Positions 26,218 to 35,333 of a DNA stretch of 44,323 bases are shown here, piece after piece. Source of the DNA: Proteiniphilum sp. (GTDB lineage: Bacteria; Bacteroidota; Bacteroidia; Bacteroidales; Dysgonomonadaceae); the NCBI GenBank assembly GCA_041656815.1, contig JBBACU010000001.1, forward strand, positions 1 to 44,323, read 5' to 3'. How positions within the stretch are numbered: position 1 is the stretch's first letter; each line of letters starts with the position of its first letter. A model generated the notes under the pieces. The model was not told where the DNA came from. It was given only the letters and a program-made list of their open reading frames with translations, and searched no databases. The position numbers were made by a program, and so were the translations under genes.

Positions 26218-26910
26218 TTACTTGTATTTTGGAATTATGCCGCCGAGATCCCGAGACTTCGGTGTCCCGATCGTCATTTTAGTAGTATCGGAAGCTTTTA
26301 TAGGTGCGCCCACGGACGGACTCAATGTTTTCCAGAAAGGTTTTTTATCGCCGCTGAACATCCCGGACCAATCGGTGCCGGCTAATGAGCCCAGGCCGTT
26401 GTAAAATAGATTTCCGGCACTCTCTGCCTGTTGGGCGAGATCGCCGTACTCCATCATGTCGAGCTGGTTCTTCCGGTGCAGGTAACGATCCTTCGCTCTA
26501 TCCTTGTGTCGCTGTCCCATAGCTCCCAGGTTACCCATTAAATTGCTCATCGCCCGGTTGCGGCCTTCTTTTCGTGCCGCGTCGGCCTCGGCCGTGCCGC
26601 CGGTGATCACGCTCGTGTTACGATCTCTCTTGGATTCACGGTCAAACTGGTCCCGCATCTGCCGGATGATGTTCTGCGCGTCGGCACGTTGCGTGTAATC
26701 AGATAAATACTCTGAATCGAACATGGCTTTGTTTTCTGATTGCCAACCGGCACGCTTACGGCGCATCTCGTCGTTTTTCTTTCCTTGCTGAACAGCACCA
26801 TACCCCGTGGCAACAGCACTCGCTAACATCGGGATGTATTGAACCCAGGCCATGACGACATCGCCGGGTGAGGCCAATAATTCTTGCAATAGTGATAAAA
26901 TTGTGTTCAT
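26218..26910 (-). CDS. Putative DNA pilot/ejection protein
   Basis: 230 aa; Ala/Gly-rich hydrophobic segment (IPMLASAVATGYGAV) followed by Gln/Arg/Ala helices, as in P22 gp7/gp20-type proteins. Confidence 0.55.
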   Translation of the reverse strand: MNTILSLLQELLASPGDVVMAWVQYIPMLASAVATGYGAVQQGKKNDEMRRKRAGWQSENKAMFDSEYLSDYTQRADAQNIIRQMRDQFDRESKRDRNTSVITGGTAEADAARKEGRNRAMSNLMGNLGAMGQRHKDRAKDRYLHRKNQLDMMEYGDLAQQAESAGNLFYNGLGSLAGTDWSGMFSGDKKPFWKTLSPSVGAPIKASDTTKMTIGTPKSRDLGGIIPKYK

Positions 26911-29492
26911 TATCTTAATTTTTCGTCGTTGTAATTTTTCTCTATTTCGAATTCAAGGAGGCGCAACTCGGTCTCCTCATCAAATGTGCCGGTAAGCACG
27001 AAGATGTATTGACGGTAAGTCTGCCGGGCGAGCAAGCCAAGATCGAGATCCTTGTAGCTTTTCCCCGCGCCAAAGTTGTATCCTTTTGACGGGGTAAAGT
27101 TCACACCGTCCATGGAGTGATACAATGCCACTTGCGCCTCCTCTGTATTGTACATTAATGCTCTAAGCATTACCCGGTGAAGCTTCTTCACGTCGTACGC
27201 CCCAAATCGTAAAGGACGTGTCATGATTGCTATATCAGCCGCCTTTCCGGATCCCTCTGAAATGTCTTTCACGCTACGGTCAGACACGAGGTATACTTTT
27301 GGAAAGGTATTAAGGATACTCCTACCGGCGAGATGGGTAGAGATGTGAAACGATTTCGTTGGAAAATCATACACGAGGCTATATTCTTCTGGCCCCGATA
27401 TAATCAATTCATCATTATAGGGATTGTAAGCCATTTGGTTGATGCCGGCGAGATACTCTTTGAATGATAATAGGGGATATTGAATCAATGAAGAGGTAAA
27501 TTCAGAAATATCTATTTCTAAACGATCACCTCTTTCCCTTATCATCGGTGAGATGTACTCAACCCCGTTCTGATTGATTATCATTAAACCCCTGTTGGTT
27601 ATGAAAACTACGCCCCAGGGGGTCGCGCAAATAACACTTGATATCGGCGGCTCTAAAAAGGTGGGTGCCTGAACTGATTGATGAACGGTATCATCCATTG
27701 CACCGCTCATGGTATAAACGCCATCAGGCGTGAACACGAACACAGGCTGTTGGCCGTAATTCCTGTCCGTCACGTTCATTGCTACAGAGGACTGGTTGAG
27801 GATATCTTTATAACCGATACGATAAGTGTTTTCTGCCGGGAATAAAAATGGATTGTCTATTTCAGAGATAACAAGTTTGCCAGCCTCGTACAACTCACCG
27901 TTATTCGTGTTGACTTCGGGTGGATCTTCGTACAAATATATTTCGCCGTTAGCGTGTAGAGTGGGGTGCAAATGATAGGATAAATTAAAACTGGCATGCG
28001 GGACAAGCTTCACCCTGCATAGACGAATCCATCGGCCCATTGTTGTAAGTGCATAGATAGCTATTTCTGTTGCTCTCACGTCAGGATATGACAACAGGGA
28101 TGATATATTTGGCTTACCCGATCCATCCATAACGATAGTTGAAACTAATTTTCGAGTCATCCCTCCCGCGTTTAGTGTAACTTCTGCTCGCATTTCATCT
28201 ATATTAAACGCGGGGCGCGTGCCTCCCCCTTCGGGTGAAGACATGCTTGAGCTTCCATTGTATGATGAATCATAAGAAAAATATCCCGGGTGAAATCCTT
28301 TATAGAAAGTTGTTTTCGTGTTATGCAGGCGCAGTCTATTGTTATACGTGAGGCTCCCGGTTGCCCCGATAGCGTGAGAGCTAAAATTATCGTTAGGCAT
28401 AAGGTCCTGATTCAATAGATTTTTAAATCTCTCTCCCGGTTTGAGTCCTTTTTCACCGGCAAATAAAGCGTGGAATGAACCTGCAACAGGTATTTCATCA
28501 ATCGGGATGCTGTCAACGAAATACAAGCTACCGGTTTCTTTAACTTGTTCAATGTTTTTCGGGGTTATCACGTTAATGAGATTCATGTAGTACGGAAGGT
28601 TTTGAATCTCCGGAGGAAGTTCAAGAGGTACTTTTCGAATAATATTTTCGATATTGGATATTCCTACAGGAGGTGAAATAAATATATCGATTGATTTTAT
28701 GATATCATGATATACCTCCGGGATTGTTTCTGAAAATGTCAGCATAGGACGATAGCCTACTATTTTTACAGTTCTCCAGGGCACCTTGTAAACAAGCTGT
28801 TTTAACGTCAATATGTGAGATGACGGCATCAACAGAATGGGTGGAGAGTATTTCACGAGCGAGTCATCGTATAGCCGGAAGGCATACCTGATAATATGCG
28901 CGTCAAACAAAAATTGCCCTTGCCCCTCGTATGTATTGCCCGCCTCATCGGTGCCGCCTTCAGTGAGGTACTCCATGGCGACATAGATCGCTGCTTTGAT
29001 GCTGTTTGAGTATTCTTCTTCAGTACTGCTCGGCACGGGGGTACCGATGGCTTCACCCGGCGTCATTTCAAAGGGACGATCGTCGATAATGAAAGTGGCA
29101 AAAGGTATGTCCGGCAGAATTCCCAAGAACATCCACGTCCCGTCTTGACTTAACGCGTAATAAACATTACTATCCGTGATGAATGATAGCGTGTAGCCAA
29201 TTTGTTCCACTGAATTGATGTTTTCATCTATATCCGATAATAATAAACGAGATCCCGTGTTTATTGATGTGAATATCTTCGATCCTTTAATTCCAATCCA
29301 GTCTTCTTCCTCGTTCATTCGAAAAACGAATATTATATCATAGTCATCCGATAAGATGTTTATTGTTTTCCTTTCGGGTACCGGCTTCCACGCCCCGTTC
29401 GACGGGCGTAAGTTAACCAACGTCCTGCATTCGCCATCGGCGTGATCCGGGCGGGTAGTAATTCCTGATATTGCTGTTTTAATGCGCGACAT
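26910..29492 (-). CDS. Tail nozzle / DNA-stabilisation protein (P22 gp10/T7 gp12-like)
   Basis: 860 aa beta-propeller-like protein after the portal; ..LVNL.P..G start, VFVFTPDGVY, GVVFITNRGL, TRPLRFG. Confidence 0.7.
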   Translation of the reverse strand: MSRIKTAISGITTRPDHADGECRTLVNLRPSNGAWKPVPERKTINILSDDYDIIFVFRMNEEEDWIGIKGSKIFTSINTGSRLLLSDIDENINSVEQIGYTLSFITDSNVYYALSQDGTWMFLGILPDIPFATFIIDDRPFEMTPGEAIGTPVPSSTEEEYSNSIKAAIYVAMEYLTEGGTDEAGNTYEGQGQFLFDAHIIRYAFRLYDDSLVKYSPPILLMPSSHILTLKQLVYKVPWRTVKIVGYRPMLTFSETIPEVYHDIIKSIDIFISPPVGISNIENIIRKVPLELPPEIQNLPYYMNLINVITPKNIEQVKETGSLYFVDSIPIDEIPVAGSFHALFAGEKGLKPGERFKNLLNQDLMPNDNFSSHAIGATGSLTYNNRLRLHNTKTTFYKGFHPGYFSYDSSYNGSSSMSSPEGGGTRPAFNIDEMRAEVTLNAGGMTRKLVSTIVMDGSGKPNISSLLSYPDVRATEIAIYALTTMGRWIRLCRVKLVPHASFNLSYHLHPTLHANGEIYLYEDPPEVNTNNGELYEAGKLVISEIDNPFLFPAENTYRIGYKDILNQSSVAMNVTDRNYGQQPVFVFTPDGVYTMSGAMDDTVHQSVQAPTFLEPPISSVICATPWGVVFITNRGLMIINQNGVEYISPMIRERGDRLEIDISEFTSSLIQYPLLSFKEYLAGINQMAYNPYNDELIISGPEEYSLVYDFPTKSFHISTHLAGRSILNTFPKVYLVSDRSVKDISEGSGKAADIAIMTRPLRFGAYDVKKLHRVMLRALMYNTEEAQVALYHSMDGVNFTPSKGYNFGAGKSYKDLDLGLLARQTYRQYIFVLTGTFDEETELRLLEFEIEKNYNDEKLR

Positions 29493-29503
29493 TTCTTGTC
29501 CTC

Positions 29504-31537
29504 CTAATTAAGTGCCCCGGCCTGTTGCAAGATCGATTCCTGAACATCGGAGGGAAGTGTTCCTAATTGCTCCATCACCTCGGGCGGGAATTGGTATTGC
29601 GACATTTCGGCCGCCAAATCTTCCGGCAGGCCTGAAGGTTGCCCCATCTGTTCTTCCCGCATCATCTCGGCCATTTCTTGTTCTCTCTGGTTCAAGTAGT
29701 CGAGAAGCTTCTCCTTGAACGGCCAGTTACCGACCTCCACGAGGCCTTTCAAATCGATCATGTTGTTGGTGTCGAATTGTTTCAACTGTATGAGGATATC
29801 GTTCACCATTAACCGGTAGGCCGGCGTGTTGGTGTTCTCCACGATGGATATCTCCACGTCGATGTTTTTCACGCGCTCCTCATCATAGAGTAATTCGATG
29901 CCGTTGTCCTGATCGTAGATGTATTTTTTTCCCTTGTAGTATTGTTGCATCAGCTGCACGTTCATCTTGTCTCTCCGGGTGCGGTACGAGTTAATGGACT
30001 CGAATAGATCAACGAGCGATGTAGCAGAGTTCTGTGACTGCTGCAGGAAGCTTTGTGCCGGGGTGCCGGCCGTTGGCGTTTGCCCTTGCAGCGCGCCGTA
30101 TACGCCGGAGACTTGTTCGGATAGTTTTAGGTACATGCTTACGACATTCAGAGGGGTAAATGCCTCACCAATGGACGATATGAATTCTGGCTTGGTTAGC
30201 CCTTGATTCCCTTTATAAGGGATCACCGCATCATACCTGGTCATATTCCTCTCGACGTAATCAACCCCGTAGCCGTCCTCATCTGCAAGATTCTCAACCG
30301 GCATAAATAGCAGCTGCTTGGCCGAGTGCTTCGTGAGCAACTCCGACATGGCGGAGAGCTTGTTGATTTGCTTGTTGGCGTCAATGAGATCCTTGATGAA
30401 TGGGTAGATTTTACCGACGAAAAACTCGTGCAATTCGAAGACGATCGGGGGTTGTTCATGCCAAAAGGGGTTGATGCCTTCCTGCAGTACGTCTCCTGTC
30501 GATGTAAGGTAATAGTACTTCCAGTAGCTGTCTCTGCCCCATTCCCACTCGAGGAAGAGCATATCTTCTTCCTCCATTCCCATCTCCGTGTATTCTTTAC
30601 GACGAAGGGAGTTTTCCTTCTCCAGGTCCGATTCACTCGAATTAAAATCAGGGTAATATTCACCGTTGCGCCAGTCGTGGATCCAGTAGCATTCGGCACT
30701 CTCTTTTCGCCATATTTCAAATATTCGTCCAAGCCCAGAGTATTCCACGGCCGGATGAAAGAAATCTTTTTCGATCCTTTCTTCAGTAAAGGTTTCCACC
30801 CATTGCAGCGCGTCTTCATCCCATCCGCCCCCGTATAATTGCCTGATCTTTTTCGCGCGATCCTTACTTCCTTCCGCGAACATGGCGGCAATATCGTCGA
30901 TCGGGAGATCATAAAAGCAGCCGACCAGCGTGCAGTCCTTGTATCGTGGATCCTTCATGCGGTTGTCAACGAAGAACGTGAAGGGATCTATGTAATCACT
31001 CACCACGTCAGAATCACCATCACGGTTCACGTAGTGGATCTTGGAAGCGGACAATCCGGTTATGAGAAGCTGTTTTAATTCGGCTATATCAAGCTTCCAT
31101 AGTTCGTTTTTACGGTAGAGAGCATGAAGAGTGGCAGTGAGGATATCGGACTCCTCTTGATTTTCATCCTTTTGCGCAATGCAGCTGGGGAGTGTCTTGT
31201 TGGACGACCAAAAACCAACGATGGTCCTAATAACGTTGCGAATGATGTTGTATTGAGAAGGCTCTAAACCCTGCTCACGAAACATCTGTCGCTCGGTTTT
31301 GAGCTTACTGTCGTTATGATCATACACGCGGTCGAGGTGCTGATCACCGTACACGAACTCCTCGTTGCGACGAATATCATCACGCCACGTGGAGAGGGAA
31401 CTCCAGGCGTTATGCGCGGACACAAGTAGTGTTTGATTGCGAGTAAACCCGGTCACCTCGGGTGTTAATCGCTTGTCTCGCTTGTCTCGCTTGTACTTGC
31501 GCGCGTAGGTTTTTAGGCTTCTCGTCTTACTTTGCAT
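29504..31537 (-). CDS. Portal protein (P22-like)
   Basis: 677 aa; EFVYGDQ, YNIIRNVIRTIVG, DPFTFFVD, IKDLIDANKQINKL, SGVYGALQG, Gln-rich C-terminus. Confidence 0.85.
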   Translation of the reverse strand: MQSKTRSLKTYARKYKRDKRDKRLTPEVTGFTRNQTLLVSAHNAWSSLSTWRDDIRRNEEFVYGDQHLDRVYDHNDSKLKTERQMFREQGLEPSQYNIIRNVIRTIVGFWSSNKTLPSCIAQKDENQEESDILTATLHALYRKNELWKLDIAELKQLLITGLSASKIHYVNRDGDSDVVSDYIDPFTFFVDNRMKDPRYKDCTLVGCFYDLPIDDIAAMFAEGSKDRAKKIRQLYGGGWDEDALQWVETFTEERIEKDFFHPAVEYSGLGRIFEIWRKESAECYWIHDWRNGEYYPDFNSSESDLEKENSLRRKEYTEMGMEEEDMLFLEWEWGRDSYWKYYYLTSTGDVLQEGINPFWHEQPPIVFELHEFFVGKIYPFIKDLIDANKQINKLSAMSELLTKHSAKQLLFMPVENLADEDGYGVDYVERNMTRYDAVIPYKGNQGLTKPEFISSIGEAFTPLNVVSMYLKLSEQVSGVYGALQGQTPTAGTPAQSFLQQSQNSATSLVDLFESINSYRTRRDKMNVQLMQQYYKGKKYIYDQDNGIELLYDEERVKNIDVEISIVENTNTPAYRLMVNDILIQLKQFDTNNMIDLKGLVEVGNWPFKEKLLDYLNQREQEMAEMMREEQMGQPSGLPEDLAAEMSQYQFPPEVMEQLGTLPSDVQESILQQAGALN

Positions 31538-31587
31538 TGGATGATATGCTTTTGTTCAATCAAAAAAACATATTTTTAATTGCTTTT

Positions 31588-31603
31588 TTTGCCCAAAATC
31601 GTA
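31588..31603 (-). promoter_or_regulatory. Putative late-promoter/operator motif TACGATTTTGGGCAAA (copy 2)
   Basis: Identical to 7901-7916, about 50 bp upstream of the portal ATG. Confidence 0.65.
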
Positions 31604-31670
31604 CAAGGTTAATACCGAAAGCTTTTATTGACAGGGTTATTTATTATTTTGCAAGCTAAAGGATTGGAAT

Positions 31671-31952
31671 ATGGCACGACCGAAAGGCACGCCCAAAACG
31701 GGGGGAAGAAAAAAAGGCACGCCGAATAAATCCACGGCGGAAATGAGGGATCTTGTACAAAGGTTGCTCGAGAAGGGATTGGAGCACCTTGAAAACAACA
31801 AGGATAATGCCGATGCTGATTGGCTCGCTATCGTCAAAACTACACTCCCCTTCGTTCTTTCAAAGAAGACGGAGAACACGATCTCCTTTGATGAGAAAAC
31901 AATGCAGGCAATGAAGGATAGCATTGATAAAGTTAACTCCCTGTTCGATTAA
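31671..31952 (+). CDS. terS: Putative terminase small subunit
   Basis: N-terminus MARPKGTPKTGGRKKGTPNK, helical remainder, next to the portal gene. Confidence 0.6.
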   Translation: MARPKGTPKTGGRKKGTPNKSTAEMRDLVQRLLEKGLEHLENNKDNADADWLAIVKTTLPFVLSKKTENTISFDEKTMQAMKDSIDKVNSLFD

Positions 31953-31998
31953 TATTTTTTCATTGATAATAAATATGATTTTCAGTCTCGCTTGAGTG

Positions 31999-32129
31999 TT
32001 GGAAAATCCAATGCGCGTTGACCCCGTGCGCCAGGCGCAGTTGACCCCTTGAACCAAAATAAGATTGCTCCCTTGTGCCAATATATAAATGACCCCTGCC
32101 AGATTAGATTCCGACAGTGGATTTTCCAA
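31999..32129. repeat. Four 23-24-bp-periodic direct repeats inside a 12-bp perfect inverted repeat (ori/pac candidate)
   Basis: TTGGAAAATCCA (31999) / TGGATTTTCCAA (32118); units TTGACCCCkTGnnCCA at 32018, 32041, 32065 and 32089. Confidence 0.65.
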
Positions 32130-32418
32130 GTGTGAACGTAAGCGGGGTTTTTCATTTTATTGCATACCGTGAATGTAGTTTTACTAACCTTTCTATTCCT
32201 ATCTACTTTAGATACTAACCAGTATTATCATCATTCAATAAATACTTCTCTAACCCTCAAATACTTCTAATAATCAATCATGTATATTGATTTAAGTTAT
32301 CACTTTGTTCTCTTTAATCCCCCTTCTCTCTTTCAGTTTCTTCCCTTTAAAGCGTGTTTTTCAAACCCGCTTCTTTTGGGAAGTATAGGACAAGCTGCCA
32401 AGAATCGATTTTTTGGGC

Positions 32419-32458
32419 AAAAAAATACCCCGCGGAGGGGGTGATCCTCGGCGGGGTA
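32419..32458 (-). terminator. Terminator ending the early operon
   Basis: TACCCCGC.GAGG / CCTC.GCGGGGTA stem followed by T7 on the minus strand. Confidence 0.75.
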
Positions 32459-32573
32459 AAAATCATTCTTGGCACCTATATGCGCCACGAAAGTCTGTAA
32501 GTTGCTGATAATCATTCAGCGGTTTTCAACCCATATCTCATTATCAATGTGTTACGTGTGCCCATATGGGCAT

Positions 32574-33521
32574 TTATTTATTTGCTTGCTGAAACACCTT
32601 GTGTAACAGCCTTTTATATTCTGTTTCTTGCGCCGACACCTCTTGGCTGAATCTGTGCTTATTATCCTCGAAATCACGGGCGAACTCCCGTATCGTCCTG
32701 AACTGTTTGGGCGTTATAATTCCCTTTTCCAGCTCTTCGCGCGACTTTTCGAGGTATTCTTCGGTGCCAAGGTCGAAGCATCGTCTGGCGCGTTCTATCT
32801 CGCTTTTACGCGTGCCCTTATCGGCACGGATATTTCTAAAAAAAAACAGCGAATCCCAATCAATCAAAAAACGTTGCGCGAGGCGGTTCACATTGCGATC
32901 TGTGAAGAAGGTGGAGGCTGCTTCGGAATGCCGACGAAACACCGTCTCGCACCGCAACACGTGATCACGGGTTTTCATGCTGTCAGCGAATCTTTTCTTC
33001 TCCTGCATCTCGAATCCCTTATCGTATATCTTGAAGTACTTCCGTATGTGTCGGTGCTTCTCTGTTGTTTTCTGTCGGTTCACGCGGAAGTTGGCATCGA
33101 TGAACATGGCCTTGTCCCGGTTGCATATATATCGGGCGCGTTCGATGAATGATATCGGATCGCGGCTCACGATCAAGTTAAGCCCGATCTCGAACTGCAC
33201 CACACGGGTTCGCTCCGGGGCGAGATCGTTTTCATGCAGGAGCATCTCGGCGGCCAGCTTGGCTTCCGATATGGTGAAGAGGTTGTCGTTCCTTAGCGTG
33301 CCGGACACCCGGCTATTATAGAACTTGTGAAGGCTTGTTTTAATCGTCACCTTGTTCCTAATTATTTTCACCTCGATCCCTGTCAGCTTCGCGTATTCGC
33401 TACTGCGGTATTCCACCTGCGTACCGGCCTCGTTTACCCACGCGTGCAAGCGATGAAGGTGTGCCAAGTTGACGCACTCCTCATCGCTTAGTGTAGCTCG
33501 TATGGTTATTTTATCGAACAC
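32574..33521 (-). CDS. Rep_trans / gene II-X-like replication-initiator-fold protein
   Basis: GTG start; MFD, SLHKFY..N.FT, FEIGLN, KIYDK, LRCE motif order. Confidence 0.55.
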   Translation of the reverse strand: MFDKITIRATLSDEECVNLAHLHRLHAWVNEAGTQVEYRSSEYAKLTGIEVKIIRNKVTIKTSLHKFYNSRVSGTLRNDNLFTISEAKLAAEMLLHENDLAPERTRVVQFEIGLNLIVSRDPISFIERARYICNRDKAMFIDANFRVNRQKTTEKHRHIRKYFKIYDKGFEMQEKKRFADSMKTRDHVLRCETVFRRHSEAASTFFTDRNVNRLAQRFLIDWDSLFFFRNIRADKGTRKSEIERARRCFDLGTEEYLEKSREELEKGIITPKQFRTIREFARDFEDNKHRFSQEVSAQETEYKRLLHKVFQQANK

Positions 33522-33532
33522 CCGGGAATTAC

Positions 33533-33934
33533 CTAACAGACTGCTCTACTATTTTCTAATAATCTCCGACGTTCTGTAATGCCTTTTGCCCAATCGGGCA
33601 TATTGTACGTATCATTAGCAAGCCCGTCATACGTGCGTGTCTTCTCTATCCTCTTCATAGTGTGTGTCTCGTACCAGTAGGTAGTTTCTATCCAAGTATT
33701 GTGATTTCGGCCGGATTGATAATAATACCTGTCAACTCTTTCAATCTGCCACGACTCAAAACCTTCAGGGAGACTACACTCGGCATGCGCGGAGCTTATA
33801 GAAGCGTCGTCGTCGATTATATAAGTTGTCATACATAATTTTTGGGACTCTTTATCCCAAGACAAAATAACGCACTGGTTCTTCTCGTATTGCTCGCAAA
33901 AATCCTTCGCGGCTTCAAATGGTACTTTTTTCAT
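33533..33934 (-). CDS. Hypothetical protein
   Basis: 133 aa ORF in the early operon. Confidence 0.55.
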   Translation of the reverse strand: MKKVPFEAAKDFCEQYEKNQCVILSWDKESQKLCMTTYIIDDDASISSAHAECSLPEGFESWQIERVDRYYYQSGRNHNTWIETTYWYETHTMKRIEKTRTYDGLANDTYNMPDWAKGITERRRLLENSRAVC

Positions 33935-33989
33935 ATAATTTCCGTTTTTTATTGTATATAATTTTGCGCGATTATTGTATTTCCAGTAA

Positions 33990-34448
33990 TCACTTTTTAC
34001 TTGTTTTCTTGAAACTAAAAATCTGTGGCTTAATACCGACTCTCCTCATGATTGATCGGATTAAGGCCAGCTCTTCAGTATGGTCCGCCTGTTGTGGCTC
34101 GGGCTCTTTAATTTTTACCACTCTTTTGTTTTCATTCACGTAAAGCAACCCCCACTTTGGCGGTAACTCGTCGATGGAGATCAATCCTTCCGGACAGAGA
34201 TAACTTCTGAAGGTTCCAAGCCCAAATTCAGGGTTGATCCTGAAGAACTTCTTTTTATCGGCCAGAAAATCACCGCGGCTTAATTTAACCTCTATCAATT
34301 GCGTGCCACACGATCCAAAACCAAACGCGTCCGGCTGCTCACATTGTCGCACAAGATCAACAACAACATATTGGCATCGATGAAAAGGCTGAATCCCTTG
34401 GTTACGAAGATATTTCGCGGCGATATGGCAAAGATCGTGATGGGTCAT
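33990..34448 (-). CDS. PD-(D/E)xK nuclease-fold protein (MmcB-like)
   Basis: EQPDAFG...LIEVKLSRGDFLAD...ELPPKWGLL. Confidence 0.65.
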   Translation of the reverse strand: MTHHDLCHIAAKYLRNQGIQPFHRCQYVVVDLVRQCEQPDAFGFGSCGTQLIEVKLSRGDFLADKKKFFRINPEFGLGTFRSYLCPEGLISIDELPPKWGLLYVNENKRVVKIKEPEPQQADHTEELALIRSIMRRVGIKPQIFSFKKTSKK

Positions 34449-34496
34449 AAATATTTTAACTCTGGTTTTCGTAAATATTTTTCATGCCTTTTTCAG

Positions 34497-35333
34497 CTAC
34501 ATTTTCATGGAGGAGAACAAGTCCGGCTCCGGGTCATAATTATAGACAAGCACTTCGGTTCGTGTTTTTATTTCTTGCTTCTTTTTTCCTTTCCCCAGGT
34601 TGGCTATTCTCACGCTCACCTCCATTTCTTTATAGTTCCAGTTGTTTTCACTCACGTACCGACGAAGCAAGTCGGTCCAGTAATTCGAGAGTATGAATTT
34701 CCCTTTTAATTTCTTCAATATCTCGAGAAGCTTGTGTAAATCCTTCATCGTGTAGCCGGCATAATGTTTTTGCTCCGAATCAGGGTAGGGGGGATCCAGA
34801 TAAAAGAATGTTTCAGAGGTGTCGCGCTCCCGGATAACTTTCAAAGCGTCACGACATGATATTTGAACGGTGTTCAGGCGTTCCTGTAACGCCTTCGTGA
34901 AATCATCACGTTTACCCTTCATAAATGTGCCGGTATGGCCGCCTGAACTGCCATTACACCACTTCCAGCCACCGTGCATACTCCCGGAATATGATCCGTT
35001 TGTTGTCACCCATATTGCCCAGGCACGCTCTATGTTCGTTGCGAATACCCTTTCGTTCCATATGTCTTTAGCGTACTTGTGCATGGCTTCGGAATGTAGA
35101 GTTTGTTTCACCAGGTGCTGTAATTCATCAAAATTGTTCTGAACGCACTGGTAAAAATTGATCAAACTGTGATCGTGATCGTTGATCACCTCAATGCCGG
35201 CGCGAGGTTTTGCGAAAAACACGGCACCGCCACCGAAAAAAGGCTCACAATACAACTTGTGCGGTGGAAGCATGGCAACTATTTCCGGGGCAATTCGTTG
35301 CTTTCCCCCGTAGTACGTGATCGGTGTTCTCAT
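34497..35333 (-). CDS. DNA adenine methyltransferase (D12/Dam-like)
   Basis: YYGGK, EPFFGGGAV, IND, YLDPPY motifs. Confidence 0.9.
   Translation of the reverse strand: MRTPITYYGGKQRIAPEIVAMLPPHKLYCEPFFGGGAVFFAKPRAGIEVINDHDHSLINFYQCVQNNFDELQHLVKQTLHSEAMHKYAKDIWNERVFATNIERAWAIWVTTNGSYSGSMHGGWKWCNGSSGGHTGTFMKGKRDDFTKALQERLNTVQISCRDALKVIRERDTSETFFYLDPPYPDSEQKHYAGYTMKDLHKLLEILKKLKGKFILSNYWTDLLRRYVSENNWNYKEMEVSVRIANLGKGKKKQEIKTRTEVLVYNYDPEPDLFSSMKM

Noticed and set aside
31470-31494. 9-bp tandem repeat in the portal N-terminus (KRDKRDKR)
   Set aside because: In-frame micro-duplication in a low-complexity tail; no evident function.
32018-32105. Possible mini-CRISPR array
   Set aside because: The period of 23-24 bp is too short, the repeats are degenerate, and there are no cas genes.
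34497-35333. Restriction-modification pair with the downstream PD-(D/E)xK gene
   Set aside because: The 152-aa MmcB-like protein is a common phage accessory; an orphan protective MTase is the simpler reading.
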